Translations under genes and position numbers: made by a program
NCBI GenBank assembly: GCA_027459725.1
Contig: DAIDHK010000001.1
Coordinates: 67,411 to 131,410, forward strand
Reading direction: 5' to 3'
Origin: Candidatus Levyibacteriota bacterium
GTDB taxonomy: Bacteria > Patescibacteriota > Microgenomatia > Levybacterales > UBA12049
DNA: 64,000 nt
Notes under the pieces: generated by a model
Databases searched by the model: none
The model's input: only the letters and a program-made list of their open reading frames with translations
Told to the model about the DNA's origin: nothing
Shown here: piece after piece, positions 61,796 through 64,000 of the stretch
How the letters are laid out: each line of letters opens with the position of its first letter
Position numbering within the stretch: position 1 is the first letter of the stretch

Positions 61796-62683
61796 TTAAA
61801 ACCATTTTTTACTCTCAATGGTCTGATCAAATTCTTCTAGCAATTCTTTTTGCCTTTTACTGACGTTTTTTGGTACCACCACTTTAATTCTGACATAATG
61901 ATCACCCCGTCCCGACGAACGAAGTCTAGGCATTCCTTTACTTGATAAACGGATTAATGTCCCAGGTTGCGTTCCTGAAGGAATTTTAATCTTGACCTTA
62001 TCATCAACAGTCTTTACTTCCAGTTGAGTTCCCAGTACTGCCTGAGGGAAGGAGATCTCCTCTTCAGTTACTATATCCGCCCCCTCACGCTGGAAATGCT
62101 TATCCGGAATTACATCCAGCACTACGTCATATGTATCGAACCTGATGCGTGAACCTGTATCCACACCAGCCGGAATTTTGATTTTCTGTTTTTTGTTCCC
62201 TATGGTTACTTCCCGTTCCATACCCTTTACGGCATCCGCAAAAGAAATAGTTAACGAATAAACTTGACGCCGAGCCTGACGAAATCCGCCCCCAAAGAAT
62301 TGCTCAAATATATCAAAAGGATCGGAAAAACCGCCGAAATCAAAATCCTGATTATTACCACCGGTAGTATATGTATAGCTAAACGGTCCATATTGTCCGC
62401 CTCCGGCAAATGGATTACCGCCAAAAGGCCCCTGACCACCAGCTCCGGCACCCGGCCCTTCAAAAGCTGCTGAGCCAAACTGATCATATGTTTGACGTTT
62501 TTGCGTATCACCTAAAACTTCATAAGCCTTATTAATTTCTTTAAACTTTTCTTCTGCTTCCTTAGTTTTATTTCGATCAGGATGGTATTGTAACGCTAAT
62601 CTACGATAAGCACGTTTAATCTCATCCGCCGATGCAGACTTGGTCACTCCTAAAATACCATAATAATCATTATTAATAGCCAT
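61796..62683 (-). CDS. dnaJ: DnaJ-family co-chaperone (class B, no Zn finger)
   Basis: J domain with HPD, G/F region, C-terminal domain; no CxxCxGxG repeats; follows dnaK. Confidence 0.92.
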   Translation of the reverse strand: MAINNDYYGILGVTKSASADEIKRAYRRLALQYHPDRNKTKEAEEKFKEINKAYEVLGDTQKRQTYDQFGSAAFEGPGAGAGGQGPFGGNPFAGGGQYGPFSYTYTTGGNNQDFDFGGFSDPFDIFEQFFGGGFRQARRQVYSLTISFADAVKGMEREVTIGNKKQKIKIPAGVDTGSRIRFDTYDVVLDVIPDKHFQREGADIVTEEEISFPQAVLGTQLEVKTVDDKVKIKIPSGTQPGTLIRLSSKGMPRLRSSGRGDHYVRIKVVVPKNVSKRQKELLEEFDQTIESKKWF

Positions 62684-62695
62684 AATATAATAAAA

Positions 62696-62794
62696 AATCC
62701 TAATTCTAAACCCTAAATCCTAAATAAATCCAAATATTTCAATTGAATTTAAACTTTGCAATTATTTAGAAATTAGATATTAGAAATTAGGATT
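62696..62794. repeat. Heptamer-built inverted repeat between dnaK and dnaJ
   Basis: Left arm atcCTAA ttCTAA accCTAA atcCTAA; right arm TTAG aaaTTAG ataTTAG aaaTTAG gatt. Confidence 0.8.
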
Positions 62795-64000
62795 CTACTC
62801 TACCACTTCGCCTTCTTGGGCATCTTTAGCTTTGTCTTCGGTCTTACCATCTTTTTCGTTTTTTTCTATTTCTTCTTCTTTTTGCGTTTGCTGACCCTTC
62901 TGATATGCTGCTTGTCCAATTTTTTGAAGTGAATCAGACAATTCGCGGGTTTTGTTTTCAAGGTCTTCTTTTGAGCCGGAATCCAGAATATCTTTTAATG
63001 CTTTAATTTTCTCTTCAACTTCGGTTTTTACATCCGCTGCAAGTTTATCTCCTGCATCTTTCAAAGACTTTTCAGCAGTAAAAATAAGCGAATCAGCCTG
63101 ATTACGTGCTTCAACCTTATTTTTTTTCTCCTCGTCTTCTGCCGCATGAGCTTCTGCTTCTTTAGTCATCTTCTCAACTTCTTCTTTGGATAAACCGGTT
63201 GAACCGGTGATTTTAATCGACTGGACTTTGCCCGAAGCTTTATCCTGAGCTTTAACATGCAGGATACCACTGGCATCAATATCAAATGTTACCTCAATTT
63301 GGGGCATACCACGAGGCGCCGGAGGAATACCATCCAGAATAAAACGACCCAGTGATTTGTTATCAGCAGCCATTGGACGTTCGCCCTGCAAAATATTAAT
63401 CTCAACTTGTGTCTGATTATCAGCCGCAGTAGAATATACCTGGGATTTAGAACTCGGAATAGTTGTATTACGCGGAATTAAAGGAGAAGATACTCCTCCT
63501 AATGTCTCCAAACCAAGCGTCAAAGGAGTCACATCCAGTAATAATACATCTTTAACATCCCCCGATAGCACACCCCCCTGAACAGCTGCACCAACTGCTA
63601 CAACCTCATCAGGATTGACTGATTTATTAGGCTCTTTACCAAAATATGACTTAACAGTCTCAATAACTTTAGGCATGCGTGTCATACCTCCAACTAGTAC
63701 AACTTCATGCACGTCTGAGGCTTTAATACCTGCGTCTTTCAAAGCCAGGTCAACTGGTTTTAAAGTTTTCTGAATTAAATCATCGACTAATTGTTCTAAT
63801 TTTGCCCGAGTCAAAGTCATGGTTAGATGAAGCGGCCCATTGGAACCTTGTGTAATAAAAGGCTGATTGATCTGAGCTTCCTGGGATGATGACAATTCAA
63901 TTTTAGCTTTTTCAGCTGATTCACGAAGTCGCTGCAAAGCCTGAGGATCTTTGCGTAAATCAATATTATTTTCTTTCTTAAACTCATCGGCTAGATAATC
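62795..64000 (-). CDS. dnaK: Chaperone DnaK (5' part outside the window)
   Basis: [54 protein letters not shown]-terminal EGEVVE. Confidence 0.99.
   Translation of the reverse strand, partial: DYLADEFKKENNIDLRKDPQALQRLRESAEKAKIELSSSQEAQINQPFITQGSNGPLHLTMTLTRAKLEQLVDDLIQKTLKPVDLALKDAGIKASDVHEVVLVGGMTRMPKVIETVKSYFGKEPNKSVNPDEVVAVGAAVQGGVLSGDVKDVLLLDVTPLTLGLETLGGVSSPLIPRNTTIPSSKSQVYSTAADNQTQVEINILQGERPMAADNKSLGRFILDGIPPAPRGMPQIEVTFDIDASGILHVKAQDKASGKVQSIKITGSTGLSKEEVEKMTKEAEAHAAEDEEKKNKVEARNQADSLIFTAEKSLKDAGDKLAADVKTEVEEKIKALKDILDSGSKEDLENKTRELSDSLQKIGQAAYQKGQQTQKEEEIEKNEKDGKTEDKAKDAQEGEVVE

Overview
Low-GC bacterial chromosome segment in standard code 11 (TAA, TAG and TGA all end conserved genes). 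Gene content and architecture point to Patescibacteria/CPR, probably Microgenomates (inference). Mostly core genes: serS (partial), rpsT, murJ, groES-groEL, lepA, rpoB-rpoC-rpsL-rpsG, alaS, mltG, ftsK, nth, rnj, nusA-infB-DHH-like-rpsO-pnp, dnaK (partial)-dnaJ. Accessory content: one complete IS256-like element (26-bp perfect TIRs, 8-bp TSD, nonsense-inactivated transposase), two clear and two probable pseudogenes that the ORF track misses or fragments, cell-surface proteins with a sortase, and an AMP-phosphorylase-type enzyme. The best candidate for an undescribed system is the ~12-kb minus-strand cluster 46320-58655. It links a VirB2/TrbC-like pilin and a large VirB6/TrbL-like membrane protein with helical repeats to two Hsp100/Clp AAA+ proteins that both lack the ClpP-docking loop (one membrane-anchored with a degenerate first ring), plus a membrane-tethered thermolysin-family protease. 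Other notable signals: a protease-less Lon, an FtsA-like/baseplate-J fusion beside the sortase, an intrinsic terminator inside the rpoB leader, a divergent rifampicin pocket, widespread leaderless-type promoters, and heptamer-built palindromes, one unit series lying in frame inside lepA. All calls come from reading motifs by eye; no database searches were run.
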